A stretch of DNA of 64,000 bases from Bdellovibrionales bacterium (GTDB lineage Bacteria; Bdellovibrionota; Bdellovibrionia; Bdellovibrionales; UBA1609). The position numbers and the translations under genes are program-made. Below, in pieces: positions 55,703-64,000 of the stretch. Below the pieces are notes generated by a model, which did no database searches, was not told where the DNA came from, and saw only the letters and a list, made by a program, of their open reading frames with translations. Position 1 is the stretch's first letter. Each line of letters starts with the position of its first letter. The DNA lies in assembly GCA_965203095.1 (NCBI GenBank), contig OZ241877.1, forward strand, positions 576,001-640,000. The letters run 5' to 3'.

Positions 55703-57550
55703 AGAGAAGTGCTTGTTTTTAAAAGCTTCTCTCCCTCTATAAAACCCCTCTTGCCCTAATTCCTCCTCTATACGAAGCAAGCGGTTGTATTTTGCTGTTC
55801 TCTCCCCTCGCGACACACTGCCGGCTTTAATCTGCTCTGTGCCCCAAGCTACAGACAGATCGGCAATGCTACTGTCTTCCGTCTCACCACTCCTGTGGGA
55901 CATAATGCAGGAAAAACCGGCGGACTTGGCTTTTAAAACCGCCGCTTGGCTTTCTGTAATAGTGCCCGCCTGATTAAATTTCACAAGTAAAGCATTGCCT
56001 GCCCCCTGTTCAACCCCCTTTTTTACACGGTCTTTTTGACTCACGAATAGGTCATCCCCCACAAGCTGAATTTTTTTTCCCAATTTTTTAGTCATTCGCC
56101 CCCACCCTCCCCAATCCTCCTCTGCTAAACCATCCTCTATACTGATAAGGGGATACTGCTGGGACCACTTTTCATAAATGGATATCATCTGATCGCTATT
56201 TAGAGACTTCCCTTCAAAATGATAGCATTGATTTTTATAAAATCCCGAAGAGGCACAATCTAAAGCTAAGGCCATTTTTCCCGTATAAGAACATTTTTCT
56301 ATAGCGGATAAGATCAGGTCAAAAGCCTGAGTGGAAGAAGAAAGTGCCGGAGCAAAGCCCCCTTCATCCCCTACAGAGGTAGAAAAACCCTTGGATTTTA
56401 GCTGGCCCTTCAAATGATGAAACACCTCGCAACCGGCCCTTAAGGCGGATTTAAAAGATTCAAAACCAAAAGGAACTATCATAAATTCCTGAATGTCCAT
56501 ATTGCCCCCTCCGTGAAGGCCACCATTGATAACATTCATTAAAGGAACAGGAAGAAAGAGATCCTGCCCCTTAAGTGCCGCATGCTCATAAAGTGGTTTT
56601 TTAACGGCACAGGCCGCTCCTTTTAAACAAGCCAGAGAAATACCTATTAAAGTGTTGGCCCCTAAACGAGCTTTTAGTGGGCTGGCATCTTTTGTCAAAA
56701 GAGTTTTGTCAATCATCGCCTGATTTTGTATATCTTGGCCCTTTAGGGCGGGCAAAAGTGAGCGAACATTTTGGCAAGCTTTTTTTAAACCCTTAGAGAA
56801 AAAATACTGAGGATCCTCATCTCTTAGCTCTTTGGCTTCATACTGGCCTTTAGAAGCTCCACTGGGCACAGATCCTCTACCTAAAAATCCATCTTCAGTT
56901 AAAACATCCACCTCTAAGGCCGGTGTGCCCCGGCTGTCAATGATCTCTCTGGCTTTTAAATCAGATATAATGTTGGACTGAAAAGCACTTTTTAAACCAA
57001 TTAAAGGGAGAGGTAAAGTCCGTTCCCTTTCATGATAAATTTTCACTATCTCACTTTCCCAGTTCACCTCCGTTGGATCTTGGCCTAAGAAAACAGGAAG
57101 AGTCTCTAACACGGATTGCAAATAATCCCTCACTGTGGAGTATTTGGCTTTATTGAAATCCGTTTTAAAGGAGAAAAAATCCTTCCCGTCCGCCTTCCCG
57201 TAAATGGACATATTAGGGGATACAAAAAAACTCAAAAATTTGTCTATTTTATTATAAATGGCTTTGGGACTGTTAAAAAAATGAAGAGAACCCTCTAAAC
57301 CACCCCAAGATTTTAAATGGGGGGCATTATGCCCCACGGTGGCCACCAGATCTTTGTCTATAAATCTCTGCTGATAAGCCCTTCGAATATTCCTCAACAA
57401 GAGTTCCACTTGCTCCGCATCCATCCAAGAGTGGGGGTCGCGGATAAAATCAATTTCTAAAGGAGTCATTTCAAAAAACCGGCTGGTATCTAATTCATAC
57501 CGGCTCAAAAAAGTGAAAAAAGAGTTGGTGATTTTCCCGCTAAAGTGCAT
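55697..57550 (-). CDS. eno: Enolase with a ~190-aa N-terminal extra domain
   Basis: AREIIDSRG.P, VPSGAS, QEFM, GDEGGFAP, IEDG, VGDDL, KFNQAG, SHRSGETED, AKYNRLLRIEE. Confidence 0.93.
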   Translation of the reverse strand: MHFSGKITNSFFTFLSRYELDTSRFFEMTPLEIDFIRDPHSWMDAEQVELLLRNIRRAYQQRFIDKDLVATVGHNAPHLKSWGGLEGSLHFFNSPKAIYNKIDKFLSFFVSPNMSIYGKADGKDFFSFKTDFNKAKYSTVRDYLQSVLETLPVFLGQDPTEVNWESEIVKIYHERERTLPLPLIGLKSAFQSNIISDLKAREIIDSRGTPALEVDVLTEDGFLGRGSVPSGASKGQYEAKELRDEDPQYFFSKGLKKACQNVRSLLPALKGQDIQNQAMIDKTLLTKDASPLKARLGANTLIGISLACLKGAACAVKKPLYEHAALKGQDLFLPVPLMNVINGGLHGGGNMDIQEFMIVPFGFESFKSALRAGCEVFHHLKGQLKSKGFSTSVGDEGGFAPALSSSTQAFDLILSAIEKCSYTGKMALALDCASSGFYKNQCYHFEGKSLNSDQMISIYEKWSQQYPLISIEDGLAEEDWGGWGRMTKKLGKKIQLVGDDLFVSQKDRVKKGVEQGAGNALLVKFNQAGTITESQAAVLKAKSAGFSCIMSHRSGETEDSSIADLSVAWGTEQIKAGSVSRGERTAKYNRLLRIEEELGQEGFYRGREAFKNKHFSL

Positions 57551-57621
57551 ACTTATAACTTAGCCATGAAAACGAAAAAAGTCAATTTTCTTTAAAAGAC
57601 CTTTCTCTTCCCAAGATAATT

Positions 57622-58245
57622 ATGAGTTGGCCCAATATGGATTTTCGTTCTTTTTCCCCTCAACCGGTTGTGGGTGTGGACGAAGCCGGGCGAGGTTGCT
57701 TAGCTGGGCCTGTTTTTGCAGGAGCGGTCATTTTGAACTTCCCTCAACTGTTTAAAGACTCCAAGCAAATCAGTGCAAAACAAAGACAAATTATGGCTGA
57801 AGAAATTAAAAAACAGCACCGTTTTTCCATTGGAACAGCCAGTGTGCAAGAAATTGAAACACTCAATATTCATCAAGCGAGCCTGCTGGCTATGAAAAGG
57901 GCTGTGGAGGGGCTGAACCTCACTCAAGGCCATATTCTTGTTGACGGGGCATTCCCTATCCCCTCACTACCCCATATATCTCAAACCCCTATTATCCAAG
58001 GAGATAGAAGGTTTGCCCCTATCTCTGCAGGAGGGATTTTGGCAAAAACAGAAAGGGATAAGTTGCTTTTAAAATATAGCCAACAGTATCCTCAATACGG
58101 TTTTGAAAAGCATAAAGGCTATGCAACAAAAAGCCATAGAGAGGCTGTAAAAAAATATGGCCCCTGTCCTATTCACAGGAAAAGTTTTTCTAAGGTTAAG
58201 GAGTTTATAAATTCAGATCAGATGATACTGGACCACAAAATATAG
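57622..58245 (+). CDS. rnhB: Ribonuclease HII
   Basis: GVDEAGRGCLAGPV, KDSK, LVDG, HKGYAT, HRKSF. Confidence 0.95.
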   Translation: MSWPNMDFRSFSPQPVVGVDEAGRGCLAGPVFAGAVILNFPQLFKDSKQISAKQRQIMAEEIKKQHRFSIGTASVQEIETLNIHQASLLAMKRAVEGLNLTQGHILVDGAFPIPSLPHISQTPIIQGDRRFAPISAGGILAKTERDKLLLKYSQQYPQYGFEKHKGYATKSHREAVKKYGPCPIHRKSFSKVKEFINSDQMILDHKI

Positions 58246-58559
58246 GGCTTCTGGCACTTTAAGCACCGCCAGGGCCACAGGATAATCTTTTGAGAAAGGC
58301 TTTGGATTATTTTTTAAAGTGCTGATCAATTTTAGATTCAAGCTTATCAATCTTTTTGTTTGTGTCTGTTATATGATTGGTTCATGGGTATTCTCAATAT
58401 AAGATTTTGTAAGAAAGCTTTGTTTTCAATGCTTTTAAACTTTTTTTCTTCCTCAATGGGCGAACTCAGGAAAAAAAATAGGAAATTTTTTCACTGAGCT
58501 TGATTTTTTGTATTTTTTTGCTTATCTATTTAACCGTTTCAATCAGCAGGAGGAAAATT

Positions 58560-59396
58560 ATGAAGATTATCTTAATTATTGGTGCTTTTATTTTTGCTGA
58601 GATGTTTTTCAGCAAGTCAGCTCTTGGTTCAAGCTCATGTATAGATGCATGTCCAGAGGAAAAAGAAGACAATAGTCAGAACGAAACAAACGAAGAGGTT
58701 TTGTTTTCTGCTATCCATTCAGGGGACTTATCAGCTGTTCAGGCTGTTTTAGAAAAAGGAGTGAATATAGAGGCCAGAGATGAAAAAGACCGGACCCCTT
58801 TGCATGTAGCCAGTCTCTTGGGGTATCCAGAAGTTATCCGTATTTTATTGGACGCGGGAGCAGATATAGAGGCCAGAGATGAAAAACACTACTGGACCCC
58901 TCTGTTGATGGCCAGCTTTTTGGGACATCCAGAAGTTGTCCAAACTTTAATAGAGGCAGGAGCCAACATAAATGCTGAAGATGATTATGGAAAGACCCCT
59001 TTGTATGTCGCCAGCCATAAGCAGAAATTAAAAGTTGTCCGTATTTTATTGGACGCAGGAGCCAACACAGAGATCGCAGGAGGTATGGGTCTAGTAGCGT
59101 CCACCCCTTTGCTGATAGCCAGTCTCTTAGGGCATTCAGAAATTGTCCGAGCTTTATTGGACGGAGGAGCCAACATAAATGCTGAAGATAGTTCTGGAAA
59201 TACCCCTTTGCATGTCGCCAGCATACAAGGGAATGTAATAGTTGTCCGTATTTTATTATCAGCAGGAGCAGACATAGAGGCTGAAGATAATTTTGGAAAG
59301 ACCGCTTTAGAACGAAGCAAAAACAAAAGGGTTATCCAAATTTTAAAGCAAAGGGGAGCAAGAGAGACCACAAGCTGGTGGGACTTTCTTTTTTAA
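58560..59396 (+). CDS. Secreted ankyrin-repeat protein (about 6 repeats)
   Basis: AGGAGG RBS before ATG 58560; signal peptide; TPLH.AS..G..EV...LL.AGA.I units. Confidence 0.9.
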   Translation: MKIILIIGAFIFAEMFFSKSALGSSSCIDACPEEKEDNSQNETNEEVLFSAIHSGDLSAVQAVLEKGVNIEARDEKDRTPLHVASLLGYPEVIRILLDAGADIEARDEKHYWTPLLMASFLGHPEVVQTLIEAGANINAEDDYGKTPLYVASHKQKLKVVRILLDAGANTEIAGGMGLVASTPLLIASLLGHSEIVRALLDGGANINAEDSSGNTPLHVASIQGNVIVVRILLSAGADIEAEDNFGKTALERSKNKRVIQILKQRGARETTSWWDFLF

Positions 59397-59411
59397 CAAA
59401 GAAACTTATTT

Positions 59412-60707
59412 TTAAGCCGCTTTCAAGATTTTTTGATAAACATGAGGCTTAAAAAACTCAGAGACCAACCGTTCAGAATTTTTGATCTCCTCTATGGAAA
59501 AAGTCCTCATACTGAGACCTACAAAAACCAACTTTAACTCCTGTTTTTCATCTTTTATTGGAATAGCTGTAATGTGTTCAGAGTATTTCTCCCAACCTAT
59601 TTTATTAAAAAACTTTTTGTGGGCCGGAGTATCCACAATAAAACCATGATAGGGATGGCCTTTTCGAACCATTTTAAATAAAGAATGATCGTTCAGATCC
59701 GCAAGCTCTTCGTCTTTTTGATCCACCTGCATCCTTCCAAACCAAGACAAAGGGTAAATTTTGTCTTGTTTGACTGCTAAAAGCATAGCCGAGCAAAAGA
59801 GAGATTTCGTCTTTAACCACAAGTCATCATAGTTAGGAGTCTGAACCTGAACTGTTGTAATTTGAGTTTTTGAGTTTTCTAAATAGGCAGAGCTTTCAGA
59901 AGAGCGATCTTTTTGAGCTTGAGACTGAAAATTACCCATAATCAAGTTATCATTTGTCTCTTGAGGGGAACGGCCGGGGAAAGTGGCTTGTTCTACCTCA
60001 GTAAGCCTCTCTTCCTCCTGCTCTGGGAATAAATCTTGGGCTTTTAATTGGGGACCATCTGTTTTCCCATGATCTTGATCGCTTGAAGTAGCCTTTTTAA
60101 AAACAGGAATAGAAGGTTGCTGGGTAAAAGGCTCTCCTAAAGGATGTTTATGCCCTGGAGAAGTTTTAGCAGAAAAAGCCTGATCTTGAGCAATAACTGT
60201 TTCTTCTTCTGAACGAGGAGGGCTATCCTTCACTTTTGAAGGCTTGCTCGTATGCAGTGAGGAAGGGGAAACTTCATCCTTCTTAATGGTTTTAGTCAGC
60301 TCACTGGTGAATCCATGGATAAGCTTTAAAGCTTGATAACTAACCAAAACATGACGACATTTAAAGGGAAAGCTTTCTTCCTTTTCTGCCGTGCCCTCCA
60401 CTGAACCAACAAAAACAATATCTCTCCAACAAGCTACTGGCAAAAATTCCGGTGTCCAATTTGACAGATCTTTTATCTCTTCCCACTGTTTTTTAGGCAT
60501 TAGATTTTGCTCAAAAAACATATCCTGTAGAAAAGGTATCTTATAGTATTCCACAGCCCATTCAAAATAGAGATTTGAGGGGATCAGGTTGTTTTTTAAA
60601 GACCAAAAGGTAAAACTCTCACCATGGCCTTCAGTTTGCCATTTTATAAAATCCTTTGATGAGATTTTTAGATTTTCTGTCCAAGGATAACTTTTTATCG
60701 TTTCCAT
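59412..60707 (-). CDS. Hypothetical protein: two folded domains joined by a low-complexity linker
   Basis: 431-aa ORF; N-terminal domain, P/S/E/K-rich middle, GAF-like C-terminal domain (HITAIPI...LVFVG). Confidence 0.65.
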   Translation of the reverse strand: METIKSYPWTENLKISSKDFIKWQTEGHGESFTFWSLKNNLIPSNLYFEWAVEYYKIPFLQDMFFEQNLMPKKQWEEIKDLSNWTPEFLPVACWRDIVFVGSVEGTAEKEESFPFKCRHVLVSYQALKLIHGFTSELTKTIKKDEVSPSSLHTSKPSKVKDSPPRSEEETVIAQDQAFSAKTSPGHKHPLGEPFTQQPSIPVFKKATSSDQDHGKTDGPQLKAQDLFPEQEEERLTEVEQATFPGRSPQETNDNLIMGNFQSQAQKDRSSESSAYLENSKTQITTVQVQTPNYDDLWLKTKSLFCSAMLLAVKQDKIYPLSWFGRMQVDQKDEELADLNDHSLFKMVRKGHPYHGFIVDTPAHKKFFNKIGWEKYSEHITAIPIKDEKQELKLVFVGLSMRTFSIEEIKNSERLVSEFFKPHVYQKILKAA

Positions 60708-60748
60708 ATTTATTTTTTCGGCTTTTTGAGCTAAAAACTTAAATAATT

Positions 60749-61909
60749 ATGTTTAATTTTTCCCGTTCTCGCGTTTATTTGGACTATAATGCCACAACAG
60801 CCCCCGCAAAAGAGGCCATTAAAAGTGCGAAAAAAGCTATGAAATTTTGGGGGAACCCCAGCAGTGTCCATCAAGATTCCAGAATGGCCAAAGCCTTGCT
60901 ATGGACTGCTCGCCAAAACCTCAGCCAGCTCCTGCATTGTCACCCTTTAGAGATTATTTTCACCAGCGGGGCCAGCGAATCCAATAATCATGCGATAAAG
61001 AGCCTGTTTCAAAATCCTCCAAAAAAACGGGGGGAATTGTTGATCTCCTCTGTGGAGCATCCCAGTATTTTGTCTCCGGCGGATTTTTTGGCCCAACAAG
61101 GTATCAAAGTTCATAAAATTCCTGTCTCAAAAAAAGGCTTTTTGGATGAGGATTTTTTTGAAGAGCGACTGAGTGAAAAAACTCTTTTGGTTTCCATAAT
61201 GACTGCTAATAATGAGACTGGCACATTGTTCCCCATCCCAAAATGGGTTCAAAAAGCCCATGAAAAAGGAGCTTTATTCCACAGCGATATGGCTCAAGTT
61301 TTAGGGAAAACAGCCATCCATCTCAAAAATTGGGATGTGGATTTGGCCAGTTTTTCTGCCCATAAATTTTACAGCTTAAAAGGTTGCGGGATTCTTTACT
61401 GTAAAAAAGGAGTGGAATTACAGCCCCTGATCCACGGAGGGCCTCAAGAAAGGCAAAGAAGGGCGGGAACAGAAAATCTCCCCAGTATCTCCGCCTTTGG
61501 TGCTGTCGCGAAAAAAGGCCAGAACATTGAACAAAAAAACCAAAGGCTCAAGTCCTTAAGAGATAGTATGGAGAAAAATATATTATCCGCTATCCCCAAT
61601 GCTCAAGTGGTGGGTTTTGAGGCCCCCAGGCTAAACAACACCTCTTGTATGATTTTCCCTGGTATTGAAGGGGAGACTCTGCTTATGAATTTAGATTTGA
61701 AGGGAATTTCTGTTAGTGTGGGGTCTGCTTGTGGTTCCGGCAAAATGGAATCCAGTAGAGTTTTAAAATCTATGGGCTACTCTGAAGAGATGGTCCGTAG
61801 TGCTGTTAGAGTGAGCCTCGGATGGGATAGCACTAAAAAACAAGTGACATACTTCCAAAAAATCTTGATAGAGTGTGTCCATCGGCTAAGCCAACTGGCT
61901 CAACATTGA
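60749..61909 (+). CDS. iscS: Cysteine desulfurase, NifS/IscS family
   Basis: YLDYNATT, GNPSSVH, FTSGASESNN, SAHK (PLP Lys), RAGTEN, GSAC. Confidence 0.9.
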   Translation: MFNFSRSRVYLDYNATTAPAKEAIKSAKKAMKFWGNPSSVHQDSRMAKALLWTARQNLSQLLHCHPLEIIFTSGASESNNHAIKSLFQNPPKKRGELLISSVEHPSILSPADFLAQQGIKVHKIPVSKKGFLDEDFFEERLSEKTLLVSIMTANNETGTLFPIPKWVQKAHEKGALFHSDMAQVLGKTAIHLKNWDVDLASFSAHKFYSLKGCGILYCKKGVELQPLIHGGPQERQRRAGTENLPSISAFGAVAKKGQNIEQKNQRLKSLRDSMEKNILSAIPNAQVVGFEAPRLNNTSCMIFPGIEGETLLMNLDLKGISVSVGSACGSGKMESSRVLKSMGYSEEMVRSAVRVSLGWDSTKKQVTYFQKILIECVHRLSQLAQH

Positions 61910-62038
61910 GTGGGAATCCCTACCCATAAAGCAAATAAAGTTTTTTGTCTAAAATTTTCACAAAAACAGAATATTTTACAAATTAAGAAAAAATAAGTTT
62001 ACAAATTCCATAAAAAAAATTTATTATGAATAAACATA

Positions 62039-63934
62039 ATGAACCAATATATAAAAAGTTTTTTGTTTTTCTGTAGTCTTTTTTCTCTCAATGCGGTTTC
62101 AGCTAAAGAGGACAGCTCCACAAAAGAGCACTTTACAGTTAAAGCCTTAACTCAACCTTTAAATCATAAACAAAGGCTTATCTCCATGACAGTTATCACT
62201 AAAGAGGATATTAGGAAATGCATTGGCTGTGACCTCACTGATCTTTTAGAAAGAGCGGGGGTTCAAGTCCGAAGATATCATTCCCAATTTTCCCAATCCT
62301 CTGATACCGATACAACTGTTGTCTCTCTTAGAGGAGTGACGGACACTCAAACCCTTTTGTTAGTGGACGGCGTCCGGCAAAAAGACAGCATGACTTCTGA
62401 TCCTTTTTGGGATTTTATCCCCATTCATCACATTGAGAGAATTGAAATTGTCAGAGGGCCTTCAGCTGTCATTCAAGGGGACTCCGCTATAGGAGGGGTG
62501 ATTCATATTTTCACCCAAAAACCAAATTGCCCCTTGGAAAAAACTTGTGTGAGTGGAGAGACACAAATTTCAAACGAATCCAACACCGGAGGCGAGGCTT
62601 ACTTTAGTGCCTCTCATCAAAGCCAGCCATTGAGCTGGCGTTTAGGGGTCCAAGCCGACAAAAGCAAAGATCCTGAAAAAACAGGTGATTACAAGGAGAG
62701 AGCCTTAAGCTTTAACTTAGAGAGCCGATGGAATGATCAATGGCTAATAGAAAGTAGTTCTCTTATATATGATGGCCAAAGCCAGGGAGAACCCTTGCCT
62801 TTTATTGAAAAAGGCGGTTCTGATATAGCGAGTTTAGGAGTCACTTACTATATGTCTCCTGAGCTGTTGTTTAAATCTCTTGTGGGATACAATCAAGAAA
62901 CACAAAGCTGGACAGATGATGACACAAAATACATTAGCCGGCGAATATCCATTCAACTCATTGGGGAATATCACTTTGAATTTGCTGGAGGGAATTACAC
63001 CTTAACCACTGGTTTAGAAACGGAACAAGATCGCATTGATTCCCAACCTGATGAAACTTATGATCAAAAAGAAAGAGATAGCCATTCTGTTCGAACCAGC
63101 TTAAATGGAGGACAAGGCCCTTTTAACTATCAAGCCTCTGTCCGCATGGACAGCCTCACTGGTGACATAAAAGAAAAGGTTTGGACATGGGGAGGGGCAT
63201 TATCCTACCATGTTGCACAGATATCTGCCCATGATATTTTTCTAAGAGGTGGAGCGAGAACGGGTTTTCGTGCCCCCGGATTTGATGAGCAGTATTTAGG
63301 CAATTATTATCCTGCGGATTCTGATCAGGAGTTTGATTTATTATTCGAGGGAAATCCCGATTTGATCTTGGAAAAATCCAAAACTTATGAAATCGGTATC
63401 CGGCTGGAGAGAGACAATAAGTATTTTCTTGATCTGACAGCTTTTGAAACCACATTGGAAAATCCTGTTCGTCGCACAGAGCGAAGGTTATTCCCTAATG
63501 AACAAGATCCTCTTTATTATTTAATCACTTGGGAGCAAACATCCGAGGCAAAACTAAAAGGGGTGGAGACATCAGCACGGTTTAATCTGGAACCTATTAG
63601 CGGGAAGGCTCAATACACTTGGACAGAAATCGACCAAACAGACCTGCTGAGAGGGCATAATCCTGTTCAGCATTTGGCTTCTATAAGGCTGGATTTTTCT
63701 GCTACAGAAAGTTTGGGTTTTGGAGCGGAATTGACAAGCAGAGGAACACGGGAAAATAAGGACATTTCAGGAGAGGCTGTAAATATAGTGGATCTTTATT
63801 CTTACTACGATCTGAATGATAATGTCCATTTTGGAGTGGCCTTAAAAAATGTCACAGACAAAAAATATGATCTTTACAACCTCACAGACGGCCCTCGCCG
63901 AACTTTATGGTTAAGGTTTAAAGTAAATAACTGA
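62039..63934 (+). CDS. TonB-dependent receptor (BtuB-like; substrate uncertain)
   Basis: Signal peptide; plug motifs SLRG, LLLVDG, IERIEIVRGP, IGGVIHI; FRAP, GNPDL, NVTDKKY. Confidence 0.85.
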   Translation: MNQYIKSFLFFCSLFSLNAVSAKEDSSTKEHFTVKALTQPLNHKQRLISMTVITKEDIRKCIGCDLTDLLERAGVQVRRYHSQFSQSSDTDTTVVSLRGVTDTQTLLLVDGVRQKDSMTSDPFWDFIPIHHIERIEIVRGPSAVIQGDSAIGGVIHIFTQKPNCPLEKTCVSGETQISNESNTGGEAYFSASHQSQPLSWRLGVQADKSKDPEKTGDYKERALSFNLESRWNDQWLIESSSLIYDGQSQGEPLPFIEKGGSDIASLGVTYYMSPELLFKSLVGYNQETQSWTDDDTKYISRRISIQLIGEYHFEFAGGNYTLTTGLETEQDRIDSQPDETYDQKERDSHSVRTSLNGGQGPFNYQASVRMDSLTGDIKEKVWTWGGALSYHVAQISAHDIFLRGGARTGFRAPGFDEQYLGNYYPADSDQEFDLLFEGNPDLILEKSKTYEIGIRLERDNKYFLDLTAFETTLENPVRRTERRLFPNEQDPLYYLITWEQTSEAKLKGVETSARFNLEPISGKAQYTWTEIDQTDLLRGHNPVQHLASIRLDFSATESLGFGAELTSRGTRENKDISGEAVNIVDLYSYYDLNDNVHFGVALKNVTDKKYDLYNLTDGPRRTLWLRFKVNN

Positions 63935-64000
63935 GCCTGAGGCCAGCCTTTAATCATTGCTACTACTCATAAAAAACTAAAAAACTTTCCTATTTTTTGT

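Noticed and set aside
61910..62038. Cobalamin riboswitch upstream of the BtuB-like receptor
   Set aside because: The gap is short and very AT-rich with no B12-box architecture, so the btuB symbol was withheld

Overview
AT-rich bacterial chromosome segment, most likely from a Bdellovibrionota member. This is inferred from the L28 N-terminus 'CELSGKAPVVKNLVSHSNIKTK' and the many Cys-rich secreted proteins; the secreted ankyrin and repeat proteins hint at a host-associated lifestyle. Housekeeping genes: bioB, ftsB-like, an RND pump with TolC, Tad secretin and ATPase, rsmJ, a polyprenyl synthase, mutS, rimP-nusA-infB-truB, tnaA, rpsR/rpmB/rplX, eno, rnhB, a cysteine desulfurase and a TonB receptor. 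A ~12 kb defence-like island (26.9-39.3 kb) abuts tRNA-Pro(TGG). It holds an AbiE toxin-antitoxin pair, RhuM (one intact gene plus three fragments), an orphan Type III Mod methyltransferase, a disrupted Rpn nuclease with two intact RpnS-type modules, and a ParA-like ATPase. Best candidates for something new: (i) three signal-peptide-bearing tandem-repeat proteins, one with a 67-aa repeat I cannot assign and two paralogues with identical caps around variable ~60-aa repeat arrays, a TALE-like modular architecture; (ii) an enolase fused to a ~190-aa sensor-like N-terminal domain; (iii) the mosaic, internally deleted island; (iv) a MITE family whose 28-nt core is conserved while the enclosing stem is replaced. 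No CRISPR array, rRNA, integrase or transposase was recognised. All family assignments come from motif recognition by eye, without database searches.
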